Assembly (NCBI GenBank): GCA_964589775.1
Contig: CAZPUN010000037.1
Span: forward strand, 1-32,000
DNA: 32,000 bases
From: an uncultured archaeon
GTDB taxonomy: Archaea; Asgardarchaeota; Thorarchaeia; Thorarchaeales; CAZPUN01
Direction: 5' to 3'
Shown here: positions 8,179 through 15,813 of the stretch, piece by piece
Position numbering within the stretch: position 1 is the first letter of the stretch
How the letters are laid out: every line of letters starts with the position of its first letter
Translations under genes and position numbers: made by a program
The notes under the pieces: generated by a model
What the model saw: only the letters and a program-made list of their open reading frames with translations
Told to the model about the DNA's origin: nothing
The model's database searches: none

Positions 8179-10329
8179 TTATTTACCTAACGCTTCGCGA
8201 GATTTCTTGATGTTTTCAAATGCCTGCTCGAAGTGCTTCTTCTTGACCGTGTATTTTTCAAGTTCTTCTTCAGATTCTGGAATCTTACCGGATGTAATGT
8301 ATTCGCGAATTGCTAGCATTACAGCATCATTGACCAATGCCTCAATTTCAGCACCTGTGAATCCATCAGTCTTCTCAACCCATTCTTCAATATTTACATC
8401 TTTATCAATGGGCTTTCCACGAGTGTGTATCTTGAAGATCTCTTCACGTGCTTTCTTATCGGGCAAGCCAATCTCGATGATTCTATCAAATCGACCGGGT
8501 CTCAGTAGTGCTTTATCGACCATATCAAGACGGTTTGTAGCTGCAATTACTGTGACACCTTTCAATTCTTCAAGCCCATCTAGCTCGGTTAGTAGCTGAC
8601 TAATTACACGTTCAGTTACTCTGGCATCACCAAATCCTGAACCGCGTGTTGGAGCAATTGCATCGATCTCATCAAGGAATACTACACATGGTGCTGCACT
8701 TCTTGCTTTTCTGAAGGTCTCACGAACAGCTTTCTCACTTTCGCCAACCCATTTGCTGAGAAATTCAGGTCCTTTGACACTAATGAAGTTAGCTTGACTC
8801 TCATGTGCTACTGCTTTTGCAAGTAGAGTCTTTCCGGTTCCAGGAGGACCATATAGCATTATTCCCTTGGGTGGCTTTGCCTTCATGTGCTTGAAGAGCT
8901 TTCCATATTTCAATGGCCATTCAATTGTTTCACGAAGTTGTTGCTTGGCTTCTTCTAATCCACCAATGTCATCCCATGTGACTTCAGGCGTCTCAATCAT
9001 TACTTCGCGCATTGCAGATGGCTCAACTTCCAAGAGCGCATTCATGAAATCATCCTGTGTGACTACAATCTTGTTAAGTATCTCAGCAGGAATGACCTCT
9101 TGTTCAAGATCGATTTCTGGCAATACACGTCTTAGTGCATGAATTGCAGCTTCTTTACATAGCATTTGCAAATCTGCACCTACAAAGCCATGAGTTAGAT
9201 CCGCAATCTTCATGAGATCTACATCTTTGTCTAATGGCATACCACGAGTGTGTATCTGCAAGATCTCATATCGACCCTTCTTATCGGGAATTCCGATTTC
9301 GATTTCTCTATCGAATCGACCACCACGCCTTAGAGCAGGATCTAATGCATTAGGTCTGTTTGTTGCTCCAATTACTACAACTTGACCACGATCTTTGAGA
9401 CCGTCCATCAATGCCAATAGTTGTGCAACCACTCTACGTTCAACTTCACCTGTAACTTCCTCACGCTTTGGTGCAATTGAATCAAGTTCATCAATGAAGA
9501 TTATACTTGGCGCATTTTTCTGTGCTTCTTCAAAGATCTCTCTTAATCTGCCTTCACTTTCACCATAGAACTTGGACATGATTTCAGGACCACTGATCGA
9601 ATAGAAGTTCGAATCAGTTTCATTAGCAACTGCTTTTGCCAATAAGGTCTTTCCAGTTCCGGGAGGACCGTAAAGCAATACACCCTTTGGTGCTTCGATT
9701 CCAAGTCTCTTGAATAGTTCAGGATGTCGTAGAGGTAGTTCAATCATTTCACGAATCTTTTGGATTGCTTTGTCCAAGCCACCAATGTCTTCATAAGTGA
9801 CACGTGGTACTTTCTGAGGTAATTCAGTTACAGGCTTGTCAGCTAATTCAACTGTAGTATCAATACCAATTAACGCTGCATCGCCCTTTGGTGTAAATCC
9901 AGTGATCATGAAAGGAATCTTGCGACCCATAATATTGACATCAATAATATCACCAATCATAACGACACGATTCTCAAGTAAGCGTGCTAAGTATTCTTCA
10001 CCACCAGATATTGTGTATTGTGTTGTCGGTGCAATTTTTACAGTTTTTGCTACCTTAGGTACAATCTTTCGAATAGTTACTTTGTCATCAATACCAACAC
10101 CTGCATTCTTTCGAATCGCACCATCAATTCTAATTATTCCTTTTCCTGTATCTTCAGGATAACCTCTCCAAGATATTGCAGCTGTTGCTTTTCGACCAGT
10201 GATCTCAATAACATCTCCGGTTCCAATACCCAATTCTTCTGCAACTTTTGGATCTAATCGTGCAATACCACGACCGACATCGCGAGTCTTGGCTTCTGCA
10301 ACTCTGACTACTGCTGTCTTTTCACTCAT
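8179..10329 (-). CDS. cdc48: Cdc48/VCP/VAT AAA+ ATPase
   Basis: N-domain ([10 protein letters not shown]) and two AAA modules with [20 protein letters not shown] and SRH ([19 protein letters not shown]). Start at ATG 10329 after GGAGGT. Confidence 0.97.
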   Translation of the reverse strand: MSEKTAVVRVAEAKTRDVGRGIARLDPKVAEELGIGTGDVIEITGRKATAAISWRGYPEDTGKGIIRIDGAIRKNAGVGIDDKVTIRKIVPKVAKTVKIAPTTQYTISGGEEYLARLLENRVVMIGDIIDVNIMGRKIPFMITGFTPKGDAALIGIDTTVELADKPVTELPQKVPRVTYEDIGGLDKAIQKIREMIELPLRHPELFKRLGIEAPKGVLLYGPPGTGKTLLAKAVANETDSNFYSISGPEIMSKFYGESEGRLREIFEEAQKNAPSIIFIDELDSIAPKREEVTGEVERRVVAQLLALMDGLKDRGQVVVIGATNRPNALDPALRRGGRFDREIEIGIPDKKGRYEILQIHTRGMPLDKDVDLMKIADLTHGFVGADLQMLCKEAAIHALRRVLPEIDLEQEVIPAEILNKIVVTQDDFMNALLEVEPSAMREVMIETPEVTWDDIGGLEEAKQQLRETIEWPLKYGKLFKHMKAKPPKGIMLYGPPGTGKTLLAKAVAHESQANFISVKGPEFLSKWVGESEKAVRETFRKARSAAPCVVFLDEIDAIAPTRGSGFGDARVTERVISQLLTELDGLEELKGVTVIAATNRLDMVDKALLRPGRFDRIIEIGLPDKKAREEIFKIHTRGKPIDKDVNIEEWVEKTDGFTGAEIEALVNDAVMLAIREYITSGKIPESEEELEKYTVKKKHFEQAFENIKKSREALGK

Positions 10330-10382
10330 AGTCATCAACCTCCATTTCCATTTTATTTTTTTATATATAATTTCAATAAACG

Positions 10383-10403
10383 AAAAAAAGGACTGAAAAG
10401 TCC
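10383..10403 (-). terminator. Hairpin plus U7 after hsp20
   Basis: Minus strand reads GGACT-TTTC-AGTCC-TTTTTTT, 8 nt after the hsp20 stop. Confidence 0.6.
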
Positions 10404-10411
10404 AATTAATC

Positions 10412-10921
10412 TTACTCAATCTTGATATCGTATTCTTCAGGCTTCAAAGGCTTCTTGGTTTTAATGGTGACTTCAAGGATTCCATTCTTGAATGTCGCCT
10501 TGATCGATTTGGGATCAATTTCAACATCGAATGGAATTGTATTCTTGAACTTTCTCTTTTCACCTTCAGCACTTATGGATAGTGAATTCTCAGTCGCCTT
10601 TAGCTTGATATTTTCTTTTTCAACACCGGGTAGTTCTGCAGTGACTCTAATGACACCAGCTTCACTGTCATATACTACATCAGTGTATGGCTTTCTAATA
10701 CCTTCTTCAATAAGTTGCCCTCGCATAGGATCAACATTTCCAAAGGTTCTCACATGTGGCACACCATCAGGACCAATCGTAGCTGTGAATCCATACACGA
10801 TGGGTTCGTCGCCTTTTGGTTCGATGGTTCTTAGATTCTTGAATATTCTTTCAAACATTTCTTCGGTTTCTCTGAATGTCTTATCGAATTCATCGAATAT
10901 GTCTCTGAATCTCCATGACAT
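10412..10921 (-). CDS. hsp20: Small heat shock protein Hsp20 (archaeal type)
   Basis: [34 protein letters not shown] alpha-crystallin motifs; GGAGGTGA SD. Confidence 0.95.
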   Translation of the reverse strand: MSWRFRDIFDEFDKTFRETEEMFERIFKNLRTIEPKGDEPIVYGFTATIGPDGVPHVRTFGNVDPMRGQLIEEGIRKPYTDVVYDSEAGVIRVTAELPGVEKENIKLKATENSLSISAEGEKRKFKNTIPFDVEIDPKSIKATFKNGILEVTIKTKKPLKPEEYDIKIE

Positions 10922-10936
10922 ATTCCATCACCTCCA

Positions 10937-10990
10937 TACTTGAGGTATTGTACTTCAGGTATAATACCGAAGTTAAATAATATAAAAATA
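10937..10990 (-). promoter_or_regulatory. hsp20 promoter with three operator-like boxes
   Basis: TTTTTATATT TATA-like element (about 10979-10988). Boxes TACTTGAGGTA, TACTTCAGGTA and TACCGAAGTTA (plus-strand reading) at 10937, 10951 and 10965. Confidence 0.6.
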
Positions 10991-11035
10991 ACTAAATAGG
11001 CAAAATTTGCAAAGATTATAAAAATAGAGGAAAAA

Positions 11036-11440
11036 TTAGCCGCTTTCGGCTTTCTTCCGTCTTGCCATCAGTGCCGCTTTAAGATCACCCATCAAAGCTG
11101 CACGAGGATTCATAGGACGACGGGGTGCAGGTGATGGGGCTGCCGCCATTGATGGGGTAGGTTTGGGTGCAGAAGCCATTGATGCAGCAGGGGAGGGGGC
11201 GCCTATTGAGGAACCACCAGAGGGGGCAGAAGCTGCAACAGGGCGAGATGCTAACTCAGAAACTTTTCTATTTAAATCAGATATTTTAGATTCCAAATCG
11301 GCTACCGTTTCCTCTAGCTTAACAATGTGGTCAGATAATATAGTCACCACTCGCGTTACAATTTGTCCAAGTTCTTTAATTCTTTCAGCTGTAGGATCTT
11401 CGAGTACCCATTCAAATTCTTTCTCTAATTCATCGGTAAT
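11036..11440 (-). CDS. Small coiled-coil / Pro-Ala-Ser-rich / WH2- or VASP-FAB-like protein
   Basis: The frame stays open upstream of the GTG at 11350 with helical sequence (TDELEKEFEWVLED...). Heptad repeat IVKLEETVADLESKISDLNRKVSEL. C-terminus PRAALMGDLKAALMARRKKAESG. Start is uncertain (ATT 11440 or GTG 11350). Confidence 0.8.
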   Translation of the reverse strand: MTDELEKEFEWVLEDPTAERIKELGQIVTRVVTILSDHIVKLEETVADLESKISDLNRKVSELASRPVAASAPSGGSSIGAPSPAASMASAPKPTPSMAAAPSPAPRRPMNPRAALMGDLKAALMARRKKAESG

Positions 11441-11515
11441 TGTGATAGCCCCCTGAACGGAGTTCTTCTTAATAATAATTTATATTTTGATTAATATAAC
11501 AGTTTCTATACGATA

Positions 11516-12886
11516 CTATGAAATTATGGACTTCATTAAGTCTAATATGACATTAATATATTGATTCATCTTTTGATTATTCGTAGATTCACATGTAACC
11601 CTTATTTTTGGTTCGGTTCCGGATGGACGTACTAGAACCCACCCATCATCAAGCACCATACCAAAACCATCAACATCAACTATTTCGACAATGTTATTAA
11701 ATTTTTCAGGTAGAATTTTACTTACTTGTTTCATAACATCCGCTTTCTTATCATCATCACATTTTATACTGACACGCCTATGAGGAAATTCTGGAATTTC
11801 AGACATAAGTTCGCTAAACTTTTTATTTTCTTTTGCCATGATTTCTAAAAGTACTCCTATTGCCATTAGCGTATCAGGGCCATAATGGTGTTCTGGAAAG
11901 ATATATACACCACAGGATTCGCCACCAAAAATACCTTTTTTATTATACAAGGCATAAGCGACATTTATATCGCCGACAGGTGTGCGTATGACATTCCCAC
12001 CAGCTTTTTTTACTAAATCGTCCAATACAAAAGAGCTATCAACAGTAGTAACAATTGTACCCTTTTTGTTTTTCAAATATCGCAATGCGATCATAGTAAT
12101 TACTCGGTCTGCGCTATGCAGTTTTCCGGTCTCATCAATAAATACTACACGGTCTGCATCACCATCGTGCGCAATCCCAAGATCATAATGCCTTTGCCGT
12201 ATTAGAGAGAACAACTCTTCAAGAGATTCTTCATTAGGTTCAGATTTTCGCCCCGGAAAATATCCATCAGGATGTGAATTTAATGTTGATACACGTGCAT
12301 TTAATTTTCGAAGAAGATAAGGTGAAACTAACGATGCCGCACCATTCCCGGGATCTATTAGAATTTCAAATTTTTTAGATCGGATAAGTTCACTTGAAAT
12401 GCTTCGGATAACGTAATCAATATGATCATCGACTAAGGAATCATCAACAGAATATTTACCTATATTATCCCAATTTGCATAATTAAATGCTTTATCAAAA
12501 TAAATTTTTTCAATTTTCAATTCTTCTTCAGGGGGAATACCTAACCCATCTTTTCCCCAAAATTTAATTCCAACATATTCAGGAGGATTATGAGAAGCAG
12601 TTATTATTACACCCGCACGATATTTATTTTTTTTAAGACTAAAAGCAAGAGTTGGTGTTGGAATTACACCTGCATCAACTACATTAATAGACGTTGCCAT
12701 AAGACCGCTCTGAAATGCCATCTGTATAATTGGAGACGTCGTACGAACATCACGGCCTACTAAAACAGTTCCTTGCTTCAAATATGTTCCAAACGCAAGA
12801 CCAAGTTCCAAAGCCATTTCTGGAGTAATGCCACTTCCAAATATCTTTCGAATACCAGTCGTACCAAATAGTTTTCTGCGACTCAT
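11516..12886 (-). CDS. glmM: Phosphoglucosamine mutase / phosphohexomutase
   Basis: FGTTGIR, TASHNP (catalytic Ser), DGDADR, GESCG, RPSGTEP. Substrate specificity (GlmM versus PMM/PGM) is not resolvable by eye. Confidence 0.85.
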   Translation of the reverse strand: MSRRKLFGTTGIRKIFGSGITPEMALELGLAFGTYLKQGTVLVGRDVRTTSPIIQMAFQSGLMATSINVVDAGVIPTPTLAFSLKKNKYRAGVIITASHNPPEYVGIKFWGKDGLGIPPEEELKIEKIYFDKAFNYANWDNIGKYSVDDSLVDDHIDYVIRSISSELIRSKKFEILIDPGNGAASLVSPYLLRKLNARVSTLNSHPDGYFPGRKSEPNEESLEELFSLIRQRHYDLGIAHDGDADRVVFIDETGKLHSADRVITMIALRYLKNKKGTIVTTVDSSFVLDDLVKKAGGNVIRTPVGDINVAYALYNKKGIFGGESCGVYIFPEHHYGPDTLMAIGVLLEIMAKENKKFSELMSEIPEFPHRRVSIKCDDDKKADVMKQVSKILPEKFNNIVEIVDVDGFGMVLDDGWVLVRPSGTEPKIRVTCESTNNQKMNQYINVILDLMKSIIS

Positions 12887-13128
12887 AAAAAGCACCTAAG
12901 GATATAAAAAATATTTAGCGTTTAAATATTATGGACGCCATATTTTCAAATAATCGAAAAGACTTAATAATAGAGTTGATATGATATATGTTCAGAGAAA
13001 TATCTATTAAAGATGAAAAATAATAATTAGTCATAACCACATTATGGTGAAAATACATCGCATTTCAAAGCGATGATGAATCGCCTAAAAGTTAATAAAA
13101 GTGTAAGCATATAATATAAATCGAGCAA

Positions 13129-13306
13129 ATTGAGGATTTAGATGATGGATCGCGACTTGAACATATCGCATCCAAGAATATCCTCAATAAATGGAGCAAA
13201 TAACATAGCTCCCTCGCTGGGCACAGCGAGTATATGTGCGAAATGGCTATCCCACAGCAGCCTATTCGCAGAGCCTCCGCAGTTCATCGCGGAGAGTGTG
13301 CCATGT
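13129..13306. ncRNA. Candidate structured non-coding RNA of unknown family
   Basis: GC-rich island (59 of 104 nt G+C over 13203-13306) in AT-rich intergenic DNA, with at least five stems and no convincing ORF. Confidence 0.55.
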
Positions 13307-13371
13307 CAAATTAATATAAATGTAATATAATTTAGAAAGGAAAATCTTTATACATGCAAGGATGTGACCCC

Positions 13372-13914
13372 ATGAGCTCTACAAGTTACGATTATCTCTT
13401 TAAAGTTGTAGTTCTTGGAGAAGGAGCAGTTGGAAAAACCGCACTTACCACGAGATTCGCACATGGTTTCTTTAAGTCTGATTATAAGACAACAATTGGC
13501 TCTCAGTTTGCAGTTAAAGCTGTAGCAATTAAAAATCCAAGACCTGCAAATGTAAAATTACAAATATGGGATGTCGCTGGACAACAGCGATTCCAAATTC
13601 TAAGGCCAACATACTATAAAGGCGCTGCAGGTGGAATATTAGTCTATGATGTAACTCGACGAAGAACATTTTTACTATTGGACGAATGGCTTCAAGAAAT
13701 TAAGAAAGCCATTGGTAAAATGATTCCGCTAGTTCTCGTAGCAAATAAAATAGATTTACCAGATAGAGCGGTCACAACTGAGGAAGGAAAAGCTTTTGCT
13801 GAAGCACACGGCATGCCATATATAGAATCCAGCGCTGCAACCGGAGAAAATGTAGTTGACTTATTCGCAACCCTTGCGGAGTTGCTTGTGAAACAAAGGG
13901 AGGGAATAATTTAA
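13372..13914 (+). CDS. Rab-like small GTPase (stand-alone)
   Basis: YDYLFK, GEGAVGKT, IGSQF, KLQIWDVAGQ, YYKGA, LVYDVT, NKID, SAA. GAAAATCTTTATA lies about 25 nt upstream of ATG 13372, suggesting a leaderless transcript. Confidence 0.93.
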   Translation: MSSTSYDYLFKVVVLGEGAVGKTALTTRFAHGFFKSDYKTTIGSQFAVKAVAIKNPRPANVKLQIWDVAGQQRFQILRPTYYKGAAGGILVYDVTRRRTFLLLDEWLQEIKKAIGKMIPLVLVANKIDLPDRAVTTEEGKAFAEAHGMPYIESSAATGENVVDLFATLAELLVKQREGII

Positions 13915-13929
13915 TCTTAATTTTATTCT

Positions 13930-14346
13930 TTATTCTTCATCCCTAATCAGTTTTTTAACGAGCGAACTACCGATATCTGATGTTTTATCAAGTATTTCAA
14001 TTGCGTCGTACAGATTTGGAGATACGTTTTCTTTGCTTGATATCATTACTTTTTCGATATAGTGATTACTTAGTTCAAAAAGACCAAGAGCTTGCCCAAG
14101 TTCTAGTAATTTGTCTTCCTTTACAAGTAGGAAAGATTTTGCAAAGTGCTTGAAAGCCAGCGAATGTATAATTTCCAAGATCAATAAAATAGTTTCTTGA
14201 GAGTCTTTATTGGACCATAGTTCCATAAGATTTTCAATTGGTAATTTAGACGCATTTTCAAAAATCTCACTAGCCGCATCAAAATTTCCGGCATCCATCT
14301 TTTTTAGACCATCATCAATTAATTTACCGAATTCTGAGTGTAACAT
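13930..14346 (-). CDS. Hypothetical alpha-helical (TPR-like) protein
   Basis: 138-aa ORF; LIDDGLKKMDAGNFDAASEIFENA resembles one TPR unit. Confidence 0.6.
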   Translation of the reverse strand: MLHSEFGKLIDDGLKKMDAGNFDAASEIFENASKLPIENLMELWSNKDSQETILLILEIIHSLAFKHFAKSFLLVKEDKLLELGQALGLFELSNHYIEKVMISSKENVSPNLYDAIEILDKTSDIGSSLVKKLIRDEE

Positions 14347-14433
14347 AGAACATCACAAATAAGGATATAATGAAAACATATTTAAAATAATAGCAGTTTG
14401 AAGACTTGAATTGAAACATGGAAGTGGGAAAAT

Positions 14434-15792
14434 ATGACGATTATGAAATATAATCCCGACGAAATTCAAGATTTACTAAAATCAGGCAAAATAACAATTG
14501 CAGTTATAGGTCTTGGGAGAATTGGATTACCAACTGCGGTTTTATTTGCAAATGCCGGAGCTAAAGTAATTGGTGTAGATGTTGATGAAAAGAAAGTCGA
14601 AATGGTAAATAATGTGCAAAACTATATTGATGAACCGGGACTTGACGAATTATTTGAAAAAGTTGTAAAGAGCAAAAATCTTGTAGCAACTACAGATGGA
14701 GTAGATGCTGTAAAGAAAGCACACGTATCAATTATATGCGTTCCTACACCAGTAATTGAGACAAAAGCACCAGATTATAGATGGGTAATTAGTGCAACTG
14801 AGACTATTGCGAAAGGAATTCAGAAAGATGCAATGGTTATCATTGAAAGTACTGTGGCACCTGGGACTTTAGAAGAGTTAGTAATTCCAATTATCGAAAA
14901 GAAAACTGGAATGAAAGCAGGGATCGATTTTGGAGCTGCCAGCTGCCCCGAACGTGCAGACCCGGGAACTATAATTACAAAATTCGATAAAATCCCCAGA
15001 ATTGTAGGGGGTATAAATGAAAAGTCTACCCAGATTGCTAAGAACTTGTATTCACCAATTGTAAATGGCAAGATTGTTACCGTATCAAATCCAAAGACAG
15101 CAAACGCAGTAAAGCTTACTGAAAATATATTTAGAGATGTAAATATCGCTTTGATGAATGAATTTGCTGTACTCTATGAAAAATTAGGTATAAATGCTTT
15201 TGAAGTGATTCAAGGGGCATCTACAAAATGGAATTTCTTGCCACACTATCCAGGTGCAGGAGTTGGAGGACCGTGCCTACCTGCAAACTCATATTATATT
15301 GTTGAAAAGGGCTTTAAAGTCGGATTCATTCCATATATTATAAGACTTGCAAGAGAAGTTAATGATCGTATGCCTCATGAAGTAGTTAGAATCACTATGG
15401 AAGCATTAAACGAAGCGAAAAAACCACTAAATGGATCTAAAATTGCCATATTAGGCATTACATACAAGCCAGGTGTTAAAGATACACAAATTTCTCCAGC
15501 ACATATAATTGTTGATGAACTAATAGCACGGAAAGTAAATCTTCTAATATATGATCCATTGTACAAAGGAGAAGAATTCCACGGCATAAAGATAGAGAAC
15601 TCAATTGATGATGCAATTAAAGATGCAGATGCAATAGTTTTCATAACTGCCCATAAGGAATTCAAGGAATTATCATTAGAATCATTAGCAAAGAAAATTA
15701 AGAGCCCACCCGTCATAGTTGATGGAAGAGGTATTTTTGCTCTAACTGAAAAACCAAGCGATATAATATATAGAGGTATAGGCCTGCCATAA
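14434..15792 (+). CDS. wecC: UDP-N-acetyl-D-mannosamine / nucleotide-sugar dehydrogenase
   Basis: GLGRIG Rossmann motif, CVPTP, ESTV, CPER, KLTENIFRDVNIA, GVGGPCLP catalytic Cys. Confidence 0.88.
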   Translation: MTIMKYNPDEIQDLLKSGKITIAVIGLGRIGLPTAVLFANAGAKVIGVDVDEKKVEMVNNVQNYIDEPGLDELFEKVVKSKNLVATTDGVDAVKKAHVSIICVPTPVIETKAPDYRWVISATETIAKGIQKDAMVIIESTVAPGTLEELVIPIIEKKTGMKAGIDFGAASCPERADPGTIITKFDKIPRIVGGINEKSTQIAKNLYSPIVNGKIVTVSNPKTANAVKLTENIFRDVNIALMNEFAVLYEKLGINAFEVIQGASTKWNFLPHYPGAGVGGPCLPANSYYIVEKGFKVGFIPYIIRLAREVNDRMPHEVVRITMEALNEAKKPLNGSKIAILGITYKPGVKDTQISPAHIIVDELIARKVNLLIYDPLYKGEEFHGIKIENSIDDAIKDADAIVFITAHKEFKELSLESLAKKIKSPPVIVDGRGIFALTEKPSDIIYRGIGLP

Positions 15793-15804
15793 AAAAGGCA
15801 AGCC
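15781..15804. terminator. Hairpin between convergent wecC and serS
   Basis: GGCcTGCC-ATAAAAAA-GGCAaGCC spans the wecC stop. Confidence 0.35.
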
Positions 15805-15813
15805 TTCAATTAT

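Noticed and set aside
10330-10419. ORF-track N-terminal extension of Cdc48
   Set aside because: It runs through a terminator and AT-rich promoter-like sequence; the SD supports ATG 10329.
13129-13188. SECIS-like hairpin (AUGA...AGAA)
   Set aside because: The core register is off by one nucleotide and no selenoprotein gene lies upstream. MvhD and the visible part of HdrA use Cys with no in-frame TGA.
13146-13306. tRNA gene (GTTCAAGTC...CCA on the minus strand)
   Set aside because: The T stem does not pair, and arm sizes and acceptor spacing are wrong.
13142-13330. 62-aa plus-strand ORF in the glmM-rab intergenic region
   Set aside because: No recognisable motif and atypical composition; the hairpin density is better explained by RNA structure.
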